Source: an uncultured virus (IMG/VR IMGVR_UViG_3300030330_006853) (Duplodnaviria; Heunggongvirae; Uroviricota; Caudoviricetes). Taken from it: a DNA stretch of 64,000 nucleotides. The notes under the pieces were generated by a model that was not told the DNA's origin, made no database searches, and saw nothing but the letters and a program-made list of their open reading frames with translations. The stretch lies in the IMG/VR virus record IMGVR_UViG_3300030330_006853. The stretch is one strand, 5' to 3'. This document shows positions 28,951 through 39,236 of this stretch, piece by piece (within the stretch, counting starts at the first letter, position 1; each line of letters starts with the position of its first letter). Position numbers and translations under genes: made by a program.

Positions 28951-29460
28951 TTAACCATTGTCTGTAGCAGGCTTACTAGAACCTAAACCGTAAGCGCCGA
29001 TAGTTGCGGGGCGCTGGCCGGATATCTGGTCTGTCGTGCTGACAGGGTTGGCGAGATTGTTCCCTGCAAAAGCAGATCCTCCGCCCTTAACCGGATGGAC
29101 TTCATTTTCTTGTCCGATTGCACCTGCAGGAGCTGAAGCTATGTTTGGTGCATAGGGGCTAACTATCGGATTACCTGCATTGTCCTCTTCTACGGAGGGG
29201 ATGTCCGGCGGTCCGCCGGCGTTGCTGTAGTCTGTATTGTATTCTGTAAAGCCAAATCCGTTGAGGATTGTGCCCTCTATTGACGCCCTAAAAAGTTTTC
29301 TTACTGCTTCATCCTGGCCCTTATACGCTCTGGACTTTTCACCGGAATAAAGGGGTGACTGCGGAAAAGCAGCTCTTAAAGTTTCTGAACTTCTATTGCC
29401 CGGCAGTCCCGGATTCGCGGGATCAGCGACTTCTATAATATTACCCATCTTTGTAGACAT
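28951..29460 (-). CDS. Hypothetical G/P/N-rich protein in the head module
   Basis: 169 aa; SD AGGAG; variant motif ATACTTA at 29494-29488. Confidence 0.7.
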   Translation of the reverse strand: MSTKMGNIIEVADPANPGLPGNRSSETLRAAFPQSPLYSGEKSRAYKGQDEAVRKLFRASIEGTILNGFGFTEYNTDYSNAGGPPDIPSVEEDNAGNPIVSPYAPNIASAPAGAIGQENEVHPVKGGGSAFAGNNLANPVSTTDQISGQRPATIGAYGLGSSKPATDNG

Positions 29461-29503
29461 TAGCGTCTCCTGTTTGAAAGCACATTATAAGTATGAGCTT
29501 AGA

Positions 29504-29926
29504 TTATTTTTGCCTTGGAGGAGAAAAAGCAAGCTCAGACCAATTTTGTGCACCTGGAAAAACTTCTTCAGGACTAGCAACAGATGGTCCTCTTGTTCCG
29601 ACTGTGGCAACCGGTGGTGTGCTTCGGGGGCCGGCTGAATACTGTTCTTGCAACGTAGTTTTTGCAGTATCAGCAAAAATTGACTGCATAACTGGATCAG
29701 CTGAGAGGCTTTCGGCAGAGCTTTGAACGGCCTTTTCAAACTTTATGTGATCACTTGCAGTTTTACGTCGCTGTTTCGTGCTTCTTGATCGTGCCTCTTC
29801 AATTCGGCCTTGGGAAGGTTTTAATAATTCATTTCCCGATATTCCCTCTTGAAGAATTTCTACCAAGCACTCTTTCACCAAGGGTGCCATGATTTTTTTA
29901 AGCTTTTCACGAGAGAGCTTTGACAT
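29504..29926 (-). CDS. Hypothetical protein in the head module
   Basis: LKKIMAPLVKECLVEILQEG N-terminus; 140 aa. Confidence 0.7.
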   Translation of the reverse strand: MSKLSREKLKKIMAPLVKECLVEILQEGISGNELLKPSQGRIEEARSRSTKQRRKTASDHIKFEKAVQSSAESLSADPVMQSIFADTAKTTLQEQYSAGPRSTPPVATVGTRGPSVASPEEVFPGAQNWSELAFSPPRQK

Positions 29927-30336
29927 TATCCCACTCCCTTGTATCCATCAGAGCCAGTAAGCGTCGGAAAGAAATTAACGGGAGTAAGTCCCGCGAGAAG
30001 CGTGTAGCCAGCTTTCTTAGCAGAATCTGATAGTAGAAACAGCTCTTTGCAGCGAAGTTCTAGCCTTCCGGTGGTCTGGTTTCCGGAAAGAATAAAATAG
30101 TTTGCTGTTAAGTTAGCAGGATATTTCACCCCATTTTCAGTAAAACCGACTCTTAGCGGATGTGCAGATGTATTGTGAACAACAAAGAATCGTGTAGGAT
30201 TAGGGAAAGCAACCCTTATAGGAGTTCCGCTGCTTGCCGGAATTGTGTCTCCAGATGAACCCGTTACGAAAGGCACACCAGACAACTGGTAGGAGGGAAC
30301 ATCGTTAGCACCTATTTGAAAATTATCTAACGTCAT
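29926..30336 (-). CDS. Hypothetical protein, probably virion
   Basis: SYQLSGVPFVTGS...LRVGF...LELRCKELFL; beta-rich, 136 aa. Confidence 0.65.
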   Translation of the reverse strand: MTLDNFQIGANDVPSYQLSGVPFVTGSSGDTIPASSGTPIRVAFPNPTRFFVVHNTSAHPLRVGFTENGVKYPANLTANYFILSGNQTTGRLELRCKELFLLSDSAKKAGYTLLAGLTPVNFFPTLTGSDGYKGVG

Positions 30337-30338
30337 TT

Positions 30339-30953
30339 TTAATCATCCCATCTCAAAATATTATTTAGCTCGCGATGAATCTTGTCATCTCTGGAAAAGT
30401 AGTTGTTAAGTTCAGTAATTTCAGCTTGGGTAAGATCTCGAGCTTCTTTCATAACAAATGCGCCTGGAGTTGATGGTTCGCTCACAATATCCCAGCAAAT
30501 AAGCTGGAAATCATCCTGGACCTCCTGGTGTTCACCCCTTCTCCGGGTGGATCCTACACCTCTTGATGAGATCCCGATCTTAATTCCGCTTTCAATTAAG
30601 CTCTTAAGAATCATGCCTTTCGGAGTATTTAAAACCTCTATGGTTCCGTATACAGTGTCTCCATCCATGTAGGCTTTTCTTACACAGTGAGAAACGTTAG
30701 CTAAAGAAACCACGGAAGAGTCTGGGTGGTCTAGCTCTCCAAGTGCTCTTCCTTCATTTATAAATTTTTGATAATTTCCAACTTCTCGCTTAAGAACATC
30801 AAAAGGATAAATTCGCCCGTTTTGATTTAAAGTGTTTGCTTTTTGCAAAGGGCCAGAAAGGAGAAGCTTGCCGTCTTCTTGCTTTGCTTCGAGAATCACG
30901 CTCGAGTCATCAGCGTCATAATCAAAGTTGATGTATTCTGTAAGTAACTTCAA
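30339..30953 (-). CDS. Prohead maturation protease (gp21-like)
   Basis: NQNGRIY, ALGELDHP (His), GISSRGVGS (Ser), WDIVSEPSTPGA. Confidence 0.93.
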   Translation of the reverse strand: MKLLTEYINFDYDADDSSVILEAKQEDGKLLLSGPLQKANTLNQNGRIYPFDVLKREVGNYQKFINEGRALGELDHPDSSVVSLANVSHCVRKAYMDGDTVYGTIEVLNTPKGMILKSLIESGIKIGISSRGVGSTRRRGEHQEVQDDFQLICWDIVSEPSTPGAFVMKEARDLTQAEITELNNYFSRDDKIHRELNNILRWDD

Positions 30954-30954
30954 T

Positions 30955-31782
30955 TTATTCTCCCATTAATTCGTGCTTTAGCTTTGAAACTTCTAAAAAC
31001 CTCTTTACAGTTTCATCGCTTAGTTCGCTCGTATTTAAGTTTTTAATTTTTTCTTCGACATTAGTGATGTTTTCTTTCACAACTTCACTTGAAGCATTAG
31101 ATTCATATTCTCGGAGAAGATTTAGGGTCTCCTCTTTAATGCTGCTTAATTTTTCCTCAAAGTCTTCAGATCCTTCTTGAAGCATGTAGGACTGTAGTAT
31201 TTCTTTCTGTTCAAGAGTCAAATTAGATCCGTATTTTTGGTTCACTTTCTCAGTCATTATTTTTACAACCAGGGGATCAATGCTACTATCAGATTCAACT
31301 TCGGGTGCAACGTGCTCTTTAGAAAGATTCTCTGCAAGAATTTTCTGGTATTTGATGGCAGTAGAAACGTCAAGAGATTTTTCTCCTCGCCAGTATTTCA
31401 CCATAGTGGCTGCCGTAGCGTAAAGCTTATAGTTTTGAATTTGAAAATCATAAAAAGAATTGCCACCAAGGGACTCATTAATTTCTTTAACTAAAAGAAA
31501 TTTTTCTTTAACCAGCATGTCTCCGTCAAAGCCCGATGCTGTCTTTCTAACTTCTTCTAAAATAAGCGTAGCATGCTCCGGAGAACCTACTGATTCATTA
31601 ACGAGGGCGTTAATCAAGCGAAATTCTTTATGAATCTCTGTTTCCCTATTGAAAAATTTCTGAATTATCTCTTTTGACTTATTGAATGTTTCGGGTTTAT
31701 TCTCAGTCAAGCTCTTTGACATGTTTCTCAAAAGGAATTCGTAAATTAGCCCGACATTACTTCGCTTGTTATGCTTCGTCAT
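30955..31782 (-). CDS. Hypothetical protein between portal and protease
   Basis: KHNKRSNVGLIYEFL N-terminus; helical, 275 aa. Confidence 0.75.
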   Translation of the reverse strand: MTKHNKRSNVGLIYEFLLRNMSKSLTENKPETFNKSKEIIQKFFNRETEIHKEFRLINALVNESVGSPEHATLILEEVRKTASGFDGDMLVKEKFLLVKEINESLGGNSFYDFQIQNYKLYATAATMVKYWRGEKSLDVSTAIKYQKILAENLSKEHVAPEVESDSSIDPLVVKIMTEKVNQKYGSNLTLEQKEILQSYMLQEGSEDFEEKLSSIKEETLNLLREYESNASSEVVKENITNVEEKIKNLNTSELSDETVKRFLEVSKLKHELMGE

Positions 31783-33703
31783 CTTCGTTTTCTCCCAAGC
31801 CCGTCTCTGTAATCAGAGATGACCTGACATTGTTTCTTTTAATATCTATTTCGTTCCCAAGTCTTTTAAGCGTAGATTTAAGCTGTGCAGTCATATTGTT
31901 ATGAACAGCCTCCTGACGGTTAACCAAATCAATCTCGGTTAGTTTTGACGCTCGAGGCAGGGTGGGAGCTGAGTAATTGGCCTGGCGATGAAGATCTTTT
32001 CCAGAAATATAAGGATCAGATGCGTGCAATCGCTTTTTGGCATTAATTGGGTTTGGAGCGCTTCTTCCGTCTAATGTCATTGTTGCTAAAGTCTTTTTTC
32101 TAGATTTAGACTTAGGGCTTGGTTTTATCATTGTTCCTGAGGATTTTTTGGTTCCTTCTTCGTCTTCATCAAGGGCTTTAATTAGATTTCCTGGCCTCTT
32201 TTCTCCCGTGACTTCAAGACCAGCGCCTTCGCCCTCGGGCTCTTCTTCCGCCTCCTCTGCGCCGGCCTCGGTAGCTTCCTCTCCTGCATCAGTTTGATCT
32301 TCAGTAGGCAAGGTTATTGCATCGAGCTCGAGATCCTGTAATTTTTCTTCTTCTCGTTGCTGATCTATTAATTCTATCTCATCAGAAGTAAGGCCTAAAA
32401 CTGTCTTTCTAATATAGTCTTTTGATAGCATACCCTCTGGAGCCTGACCTGCGATTTCAAATTTAGATCTAAATAGTTCTAGCTTTTGCTGCTGTGCAAT
32501 AGTAGACGGGTTAGAGAGGTAAATTTGAAAGTCTAAGAGATCATCTCCTTCCCAGCCGTGAGCATAAAGATGAATAGCAGCAATTTTATTAAGCTCTGCG
32601 ATCATGACTCTTTGTATCTTATTGATAGTTCTCGAGAACCTGATATCTTCCTGCGCCAGAGTTGCTTTGGAAGAAAGAGCTTCGTCGTAACCAAGATATG
32701 CTTTTGGAATTTTAAGTGCAGCAAACAGCTTTTTCTGGATGTATTCAACATCTTCAATTGCAGTCGTGTTTTGGCCCCCTGCCAGTGTATCGATCTTGGT
32801 TCCCGACTCCCCGCCGCGGACAGGAATAAAATAGTCCTCATCAACAGATAGTGGGTTATACCGAAGATCTACTCTTCCTGTTGTTTTGTCTACTACTTGA
32901 GCACTCTTTAAAGCAGCCTTAGCTTGCTCCATATAGTTTGGAATCTCTTCGGGTGGAACGTTACCCACATCAATATAGAAAAGGCGTCGCTCGGGGGAAC
33001 GAACAACCCTGTAAACAAGCATTGCATCTTCTATGAGTATTAATTGCCTCCATACTCTTCGTGCAGGCTCAATTACAGATGAACCGTAGGGCAAGAAAGC
33101 ATCATTGCCCAGAAGCCTAAAGTGAGCAACTTGCCAATTCTCTAAAACTTTATTTCCCTGAGTTACCCATCTAAATCTGACTGCCATTGGGTCTTCCGGG
33201 TCGTAACCCTCTTCTCTTTCAATTTCGTTAACTGGGATAGGGAAAGCATTCTGGAGGCCGTATTCAGGAGATACATCGAGAAACAGAAAGAAGTCGCCAT
33301 ATTTGCACAAGTTTCTTGTCCACGGACTTAAATTAAACTCAACATTAAGCGTTTCATAGAAAAGATCTTCTAGAGTGTTCTTAATCTTTACATTATTAGA
33401 GTAAATGTGCAGGGATCGACCCTTTTCATCAGTGGCAACTGTCTCATCAGAGTAGATATCTAATGCTGCAGCGATCTCAGGCGTGTGTTCCATTTCTGAA
33501 AAGTCTGCGTATCGACTCATTCTATCATACATTCCATACGCGCTGATAGCGTTGGTAAAAGCGCTGTTTTGCGACTTTTTAAAAAGCTCTATTGTTGACG
33601 TTGTTACTGTCGGCTTAAAGCCTCTTACTTTGCGCTTGACGATAGGGCCCGACCTAAAAAGTCGGGTCAGCCTACTAAAAAGATTTTCGTTAGGATTAGC
33701 CAT
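31769..33703 (-). CDS. Portal protein (gp20-like)
   Basis: LIEDAMLVYRVVRSPERRLFYIDVGNVPP, EDYFIPVRG, IDTLAGG, DVEYIQKKLFAALKIP. Confidence 0.95.
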   Translation of the reverse strand: MANPNENLFSRLTRLFRSGPIVKRKVRGFKPTVTTSTIELFKKSQNSAFTNAISAYGMYDRMSRYADFSEMEHTPEIAAALDIYSDETVATDEKGRSLHIYSNNVKIKNTLEDLFYETLNVEFNLSPWTRNLCKYGDFFLFLDVSPEYGLQNAFPIPVNEIEREEGYDPEDPMAVRFRWVTQGNKVLENWQVAHFRLLGNDAFLPYGSSVIEPARRVWRQLILIEDAMLVYRVVRSPERRLFYIDVGNVPPEEIPNYMEQAKAALKSAQVVDKTTGRVDLRYNPLSVDEDYFIPVRGGESGTKIDTLAGGQNTTAIEDVEYIQKKLFAALKIPKAYLGYDEALSSKATLAQEDIRFSRTINKIQRVMIAELNKIAAIHLYAHGWEGDDLLDFQIYLSNPSTIAQQQKLELFRSKFEIAGQAPEGMLSKDYIRKTVLGLTSDEIELIDQQREEEKLQDLELDAITLPTEDQTDAGEEATEAGAEEAEEEPEGEGAGLEVTGEKRPGNLIKALDEDEEGTKKSSGTMIKPSPKSKSRKKTLATMTLDGRSAPNPINAKKRLHASDPYISGKDLHRQANYSAPTLPRASKLTEIDLVNRQEAVHNNMTAQLKSTLKRLGNEIDIKRNNVRSSLITETGLGENEDDEA

Positions 33704-33766
33704 GCTTGCTCTCGTAGTGATTAAACATACATATCATTATTATATGTCACAGTCAGCTAAGGTAAA

Positions 33767-35374
33767 TCATTTATTCAACCAGTCAAAATTAGTATTAGGA
33801 AGACGCGGGTTATTATTTCTAAGCTTTTGGTAATCTTCATCTTTGACCGCTGAGAAGGGATTGATGGATTTCATAGGCGTGCTAGACGACATCTTTGGCT
33901 GCTCATATGTTCTGTTAGTTACTGACATTCCTGCCAGCATGGACTTGTTGAGCGTGTCTGAATCTTTGCTGTAGTTGCCGCCGGCGTCGTAAAGCCAAAC
34001 TCCTATCGCCAGAGCCATAACAAGATCATCATTTGCACTTTTTTGTGCTTGCGCTTTGTGGCCTTTCCATATAAAGGTCTTGAGCTCATCATATAACCGG
34101 CTCGAATATATTCTGATTGATCTGTTTCTTATTACTTCTTCAAGCTTCGAAAGTATCTGGACTCTTGACTTACCCTGCGTACTGAAGCCTGGGACTTTCT
34201 TTTCTTGTGAAGCAGTATAGTTTCCAATGAGAAATCCCCTGCTTGACTCATAATACAGATTAGGGTAGCCTATGTCTTTTAATTTCATTACTGTCGTGTA
34301 ACCAAAAGTATTATTTTCGGGGCATATAAGGGCGTTATAATACTTCTTTCCTGTCCACTCAAGAAGCTCACCAAATCTATCAGGCGGGATCTTACCCTTA
34401 TACTCAGCTACAACTTCATCTGTGTCAACGTCTATCACGTGAAAAGTGGAAAAATCCTTTGCATCTCCACGAGAAACGTCTGCAGATATGATATACTTGT
34501 GAGAAGACATAGGGTATTGCCATACCCAAATATTATTGTCATCTCCCCATCGATCCTGGGGTTCTCGAACCATATCTCTTATCCACTCAAGATTTTCTGA
34601 TTGTAGAAAAGTTTCACCGGATGCCACGAAGTCACATAGAAGCTCTTGCGCAATTTGGCGCTTAGACATGTTCTTGGTTTCAGTAGAAAACCAATCTTCT
34701 CCTCTTTCCGGGTGGACATCCCAGGGCAGCTTTATAGGATTAAATTCATTTTCTCCTAGAACTGCATCTGTGTATAACTTGTGATACTGGCCTCCCACTC
34801 CGTTTGGCGTTGACAAAATAATTGCTTCTCCGCCTGTAGATAGTGTAGGATACAAGCCCATCCACAAAGTGTCGAAGTTCTTAACAAAAGCTGCTTCATC
34901 AACAATCAAAAGTGAAAGAGCTTCAGATCGGCCGGCGTCATCAGAGGTAGGAACTGCCTTTATTATAGATCCGTTATTAAACTCTATTGTCTGACGATTA
35001 TCTGCTACTATCTGGGGCAAAACTAGCCAGCCGGGTAAAGACCTAAGCATTGTCTTTACTTTTCTAATAAAGTTTACTGCAACTGAAAGCTTTGTCGCGA
35101 TAACTAAAATATTTTTGTCTTTTTTAAAGATAGCCATCCAGAGGGCATAAGCTGCAACTAACGTAGAAAGCCCTAATTGGCGAGATTTTAAAACTACATT
35201 AAATCTATTGTCTTTAAATTCTGCTAGGCTTTCTTCTTGGAAAGGATACAGTTGAAACTTTATCATCCCGCGATTAGGATGCTGAATACTTACATATTTT
35301 TTCATGAAATAGCCGGGATCTTTTCCCGACTTTACAATTTCTGCAATTTGCTTTTTCTTATTGACTGCAGCCAT
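33767..35374 (-). CDS. terL: Terminase large subunit (gp17-like)
   Basis: KSRQLGLST Walker A, LLIVDEAAF Walker B, STPNG, nuclease ADVSRG and DDLVMAL. Likely start MAAVNKKK at 35374. Confidence 0.95.
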   Translation of the reverse strand: MAAVNKKKQIAEIVKSGKDPGYFMKKYVSIQHPNRGMIKFQLYPFQEESLAEFKDNRFNVVLKSRQLGLSTLVAAYALWMAIFKKDKNILVIATKLSVAVNFIRKVKTMLRSLPGWLVLPQIVADNRQTIEFNNGSIIKAVPTSDDAGRSEALSLLIVDEAAFVKNFDTLWMGLYPTLSTGGEAIILSTPNGVGGQYHKLYTDAVLGENEFNPIKLPWDVHPERGEDWFSTETKNMSKRQIAQELLCDFVASGETFLQSENLEWIRDMVREPQDRWGDDNNIWVWQYPMSSHKYIISADVSRGDAKDFSTFHVIDVDTDEVVAEYKGKIPPDRFGELLEWTGKKYYNALICPENNTFGYTTVMKLKDIGYPNLYYESSRGFLIGNYTASQEKKVPGFSTQGKSRVQILSKLEEVIRNRSIRIYSSRLYDELKTFIWKGHKAQAQKSANDDLVMALAIGVWLYDAGGNYSKDSDTLNKSMLAGMSVTNRTYEQPKMSSSTPMKSINPFSAVKDEDYQKLRNNNPRLPNTNFDWLNK

Positions 35375-35381
35375 TTTAGCG

Positions 35382-35783
35382 TTATGAAATGCTGTATACT
35401 GTGTTTCGCCTATAATAAGCCCTCTTGACAGGGCTGTATTGATTGAGCGCAATTAGCTCAATACTGTCAACACTATTCTCTTCTTTTAGGCGAAGAGTCT
35501 CATCTGCATGTTCCTTGTATTTCTTCTTAGTTTTATCAACGAAGTCAGAAATAATCTTCATTGACTCCTCTGATAGTCTTCTTTCAAAGTTTGGGTCGGG
35601 ATTAACTGGCATATTAACAATCGTAATGTATGATACCTTAAGCTGATCTCCCTCAATTATTTTTCCTGAACATGCTCTACCATTAAAGGTATCGTAAGCT
35701 TTTGGCCCTGTTTCTGTGGATCCTTCACCAAAAGTTGAATTTAAAACTTGCCCTAGCTTGTTTATTTTATCAAATGACAGCAT
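35382..35783 (-). CDS. Hypothetical protein upstream of terminase
   Basis: 133 aa; SD GAGGAG; ATATTTA at 35810-35804. Confidence 0.7.
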   Translation of the reverse strand: MLSFDKINKLGQVLNSTFGEGSTETGPKAYDTFNGRACSGKIIEGDQLKVSYITIVNMPVNPDPNFERRLSEESMKIISDFVDKTKKKYKEHADETLRLKEENSVDSIELIALNQYSPVKRAYYRRNTVYSIS

Positions 35784-35818
35784 CAGATACTCCTCGACGT
35801 CATTAAATATGTATCACG

Positions 35819-36100
35819 CTATAGATCAAACGTGATTTTCGGAATTATTTTTGATCGAACTTCAGATTCTTGTTTTACTTCAGACCTTGAAGGTCGCCAG
35901 CCCTCTTTCCACTTCTTTCTATTGGGCTCTGCCCATTTTAAGCTGCAGTCAAAGCATGCACCGTATTTTCTGTAATAAAAAGCATCGCTAGTATTCTTCA
36001 TAAGAAATCCGCATACTGGACAATCGACTGGGACGAAATCGTCTTCGACAGAATTATCAAATATCACAAATCCGAGTTTATGCTCTGTTATCTTAGTCAT
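35819..36100 (-). CDS. Small zinc-binding protein
   Basis: CPVC...CFDC, and WKEGWRP. Confidence 0.7.
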   Translation of the reverse strand: MTKITEHKLGFVIFDNSVEDDFVPVDCPVCGFLMKNTSDAFYYRKYGACFDCSLKWAEPNRKKWKEGWRPSRSEVKQESEVRSKIIPKITFDL

Positions 36101-39100
36101 AATTTATCTTAGAATTTTTCTTAGACGTAGTTATTTCTAGTGTATTGTCAACTGCATCTTTGACAGAATCTACATGTGTAATTACAAGTATGTTCTTGAA
36201 CCACTTCTTGAGAGACGATAAAAGCCTGTTACATGCCTCAACATTAGATTCGTCCAGTGTTCCAAACCCCTCATCAATAATAAGCATGTTCGTCTTTGGT
36301 AAAGAACAAATATTAAGAAGTGCAACTCGGATTGCAAGAGAAGATATCATTTTTTCCATTCCAGATGCAAGCTCTATAATTCTTCTACTGTCTCCGTAAT
36401 CAATGTAAACTTCAGCTGCATTAGTTTCAGGGTCAGTCTCGAGACTTACAGTAAAATTAGTAACTCCTGCAAGGATCTTTGATATCTCCTGGTTGATTGT
36501 GGGCAACTGAGATTCTATGATCTTAGCTGGGATACCTTTTTTAGACCATGACTTTAAAAGAAAATCGTAATTTTCCCATTCTTTTCTAAGCTTCTGGTAT
36601 TCATTCTTTTCAGTTCTTAATTTCTTAATTTGGCTATCAGCATTTCCCTTTAGTTCTGCAGAAGACATTTTCTTGGAGTCGAGCTCTTGAATCTCTTGGA
36701 CGATTTCAGAGAGCTTGTTTTTAAGTCGAACTACAACTTCAGATACATCAGTAGTTCCTGATTTTTCTACCATTTCATCGCAAAGTTTTTCTTCAGCTGC
36801 TAAGGCATCTTCGATCGCTTTTAAGTCTCTGTAGATCTTGTCTTTGCTGCTTTTTTTCTGAGTTATATGCACAGTGTTTTCTGATAACTTTAGCGTGAGC
36901 TTATTGTGCTTGTCTATCTTTTCTTTAAGGTTCTGATCTTGTAATTTCTTTACAGTTCTTCGTATTGCTCGAAGCTCAGATGACTGTTCATCTATCACTT
37001 CTTTATGCTTAACAATAAGCTTATTTTGCTTGTCGGACTTCTTGACATACTGACATGTCGGCTTGTGCTCAAAGCAATCGCAAGGCTCAAGCTTTTTGGC
37101 CAGCTTTCTGGCACTGGATAAAATTTGCTTTTCTAGCTCGCGAGCATGTTCAAGACTTGTTAGTGATCGCTCAAGATCTTGTAGGTTTTCATGTTCTTCT
37201 CGAATCTCGGAAATCGGAAACTGTTTTTTGACTTCAAGTATTTTAACTGCGATAGCATTTAAATTAGAGAGCTCTTCTGAACATTTTTTAAACTTGTCTT
37301 TTAGAACATCTCTCTTCTCAGACAAATCCTTGACTATTTCCTGCTGCTTCCTTACGTCAGATTCAGTAATTAAGTCTTCTTCGCTAAACCCAGCGAGCTC
37401 AATTTGAATTCTTCTTTGATCATCCCTGAGAGCTATCAGGTCTTTCTCTATTTTCTGGATTGCCCGATTGTATTCTTTCTTTTTTTGCTGGAGCATAACA
37501 ATGGAAGCACTCCAGTCCCTCTCAGGATAGCTACTTAGCTTTCCTTTAATTTCGGCAGCACTTTCTTTGAGGAAACCTGACATTGTATCAAACATGTCAA
37601 GATCCAAAAACCTAGACAGTATTTTCTTTCTAGCTGATGATCCCTGGTTGATGAACTCATTCATATTTCCCTGGGTAGCCAGGGATGTTAGAAGGAAGTC
37701 TTCTGCATTGCCCAACATTCCACGAATAGCTTTTTCTGTCTGAGTTCTTTGCTCACCGTTAAGATCTTGAACTACATTGCCCATTGGGTCAACTTTGGAA
37801 AAGTTTAGAGAAGTTATTGCAGACTCTTTGCCCCACTTATCCTCTTTTTTAACAGACTGCCTCTCGATAACATAGTCTTCAGATCCAATGCCGATTGTTG
37901 CTTTTGAAAGACAGTGGCCTTTCCTAGAATTAATAACATGAAGATTCTTAATTGATCCCCTGTCAGTGGAATTAAAAAGCGTATACACAATAGTCCCGAC
38001 GATCGAGGACTTCCCGCATCTGTTGGGACCTAAAATACCTGTTATTCCTGTCAGGTTCTTAAAGTTTATTTTGTTGCCTTTTCCGTAAGAAAAAACATTG
38101 TCAAATTCTAGTTCTTTAATTTCCCATTTTCTGTTTCTGATAGACGGGTCTGTGCGCGCAACTTTATTGACACATTTTGTTACGAGATCTTCGATTTCTT
38201 CCCATCTTTTTTCTTCAAACCTGCTTTCACCGTTGTATGATTTAAGCAAGTCCATCTGAGTCTTTGCGTCTCTTAAATCTTCTCTTCCGAGAAGGGACGC
38301 GTCGCCTTCTATGTCGCTGCCCTCTTGAAAAGTTTCAAATTTCCAAACTACTTCTTTTGCTTGTTTCTGCTCTTTCAGCTCAGTATGAATCTGCTTGATC
38401 TCAATCTGAGGTATTGTCTCAGATGTCCTGATTCGAAACCTTGAACCATCTGGCTGTTTTTGTGCTTCTTTTAAAGTGTTTTGAACTGTCCCTTTCCAAT
38501 CAACAGTTACGAACGGGTGCGGGTTTGGCAAAGGGTGAAAATTAACATCAAAGTCGTCTCGAGATCTAATATCCCAAACTAGAAAACCCTTATCAATGTC
38601 TTCTCCGTAGTTTCCTTGCGAAGTGGAACCAGAGTAAGCTACTCTTTTGTCAGGTGTTAAGAACTGCTGCTTATGAATATCTCCCAGCATCGTGAAGTCG
38701 TAAGGGTCAAAGAAGCTAAGGGGAACATCACCTTCAAGCTCCCAATTCTGGTCTGTCTTAGAGCCTACCACACAACCGTGGAAAGTAGCGATATTGATCT
38801 CGCCCTCTACAGGCTTGACGTCTTTCCACCCCTCCTCATCGAAGCAAGAAAAGACAGACCAGTTATAGCCCGGTATTCCCGTAGGGTAAGTTCCTGATTG
38901 CTTGTAGAGAAAAAGTCTTTTATTATCGAGGGCCTTTACAATCGGGCTAATTGCATCTTGCCTGTCCAGATTTACCATGTTGCCATCGTGGTTGCCCAGA
39001 ATGACGTGTGTGGGAGCAACCTTAGAAAGCTCAGTAAACCACCACGCCATGTGATCAATGACTTCTGGCGTTATCCCCTGTGTCTTGGTGTGATATATGT

Positions 39101-39236
39101 CGCCCCCGACATAAATAAGATCAACCTTAAGCTCTTTGGCTTTTTCAAAGAAGTATTCAAAAATAAGGCGCTGTTCATCATGCCTCGACAGAGGACGAAA
39201 GTGAACATCTGCTATGTGTGCGATTCTAACTGACAT
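36093..39236 (-). CDS. Fused Mre11/SbcD nuclease and Rad50/SbcC ATPase (gp47-gp46 fusion)
   Basis: Phosphoesterase motifs ADVH, GGDIYH, GNHD, GDIH. Walker A GPNRCGKSS, coiled coil, ASGMEK signature, LIIDEGFGTLD, ITH. Confidence 0.92.
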   Translation of the reverse strand: MSVRIAHIADVHFRPLSRHDEQRLIFEYFFEKAKELKVDLIYVGGDIYHTKTQGITPEVIDHMAWWFTELSKVAPTHVILGNHDGNMVNLDRQDAISPIVKALDNKRLFLYKQSGTYPTGIPGYNWSVFSCFDEEGWKDVKPVEGEINIATFHGCVVGSKTDQNWELEGDVPLSFFDPYDFTMLGDIHKQQFLTPDKRVAYSGSTSQGNYGEDIDKGFLVWDIRSRDDFDVNFHPLPNPHPFVTVDWKGTVQNTLKEAQKQPDGSRFRIRTSETIPQIEIKQIHTELKEQKQAKEVVWKFETFQEGSDIEGDASLLGREDLRDAKTQMDLLKSYNGESRFEEKRWEEIEDLVTKCVNKVARTDPSIRNRKWEIKELEFDNVFSYGKGNKINFKNLTGITGILGPNRCGKSSIVGTIVYTLFNSTDRGSIKNLHVINSRKGHCLSKATIGIGSEDYVIERQSVKKEDKWGKESAITSLNFSKVDPMGNVVQDLNGEQRTQTEKAIRGMLGNAEDFLLTSLATQGNMNEFINQGSSARKKILSRFLDLDMFDTMSGFLKESAAEIKGKLSSYPERDWSASIVMLQQKKKEYNRAIQKIEKDLIALRDDQRRIQIELAGFSEEDLITESDVRKQQEIVKDLSEKRDVLKDKFKKCSEELSNLNAIAVKILEVKKQFPISEIREEHENLQDLERSLTSLEHARELEKQILSSARKLAKKLEPCDCFEHKPTCQYVKKSDKQNKLIVKHKEVIDEQSSELRAIRRTVKKLQDQNLKEKIDKHNKLTLKLSENTVHITQKKSSKDKIYRDLKAIEDALAAEEKLCDEMVEKSGTTDVSEVVVRLKNKLSEIVQEIQELDSKKMSSAELKGNADSQIKKLRTEKNEYQKLRKEWENYDFLLKSWSKKGIPAKIIESQLPTINQEISKILAGVTNFTVSLETDPETNAAEVYIDYGDSRRIIELASGMEKMISSLAIRVALLNICSLPKTNMLIIDEGFGTLDESNVEACNRLLSSLKKWFKNILVITHVDSVKDAVDNTLEITTSKKNSKINYD

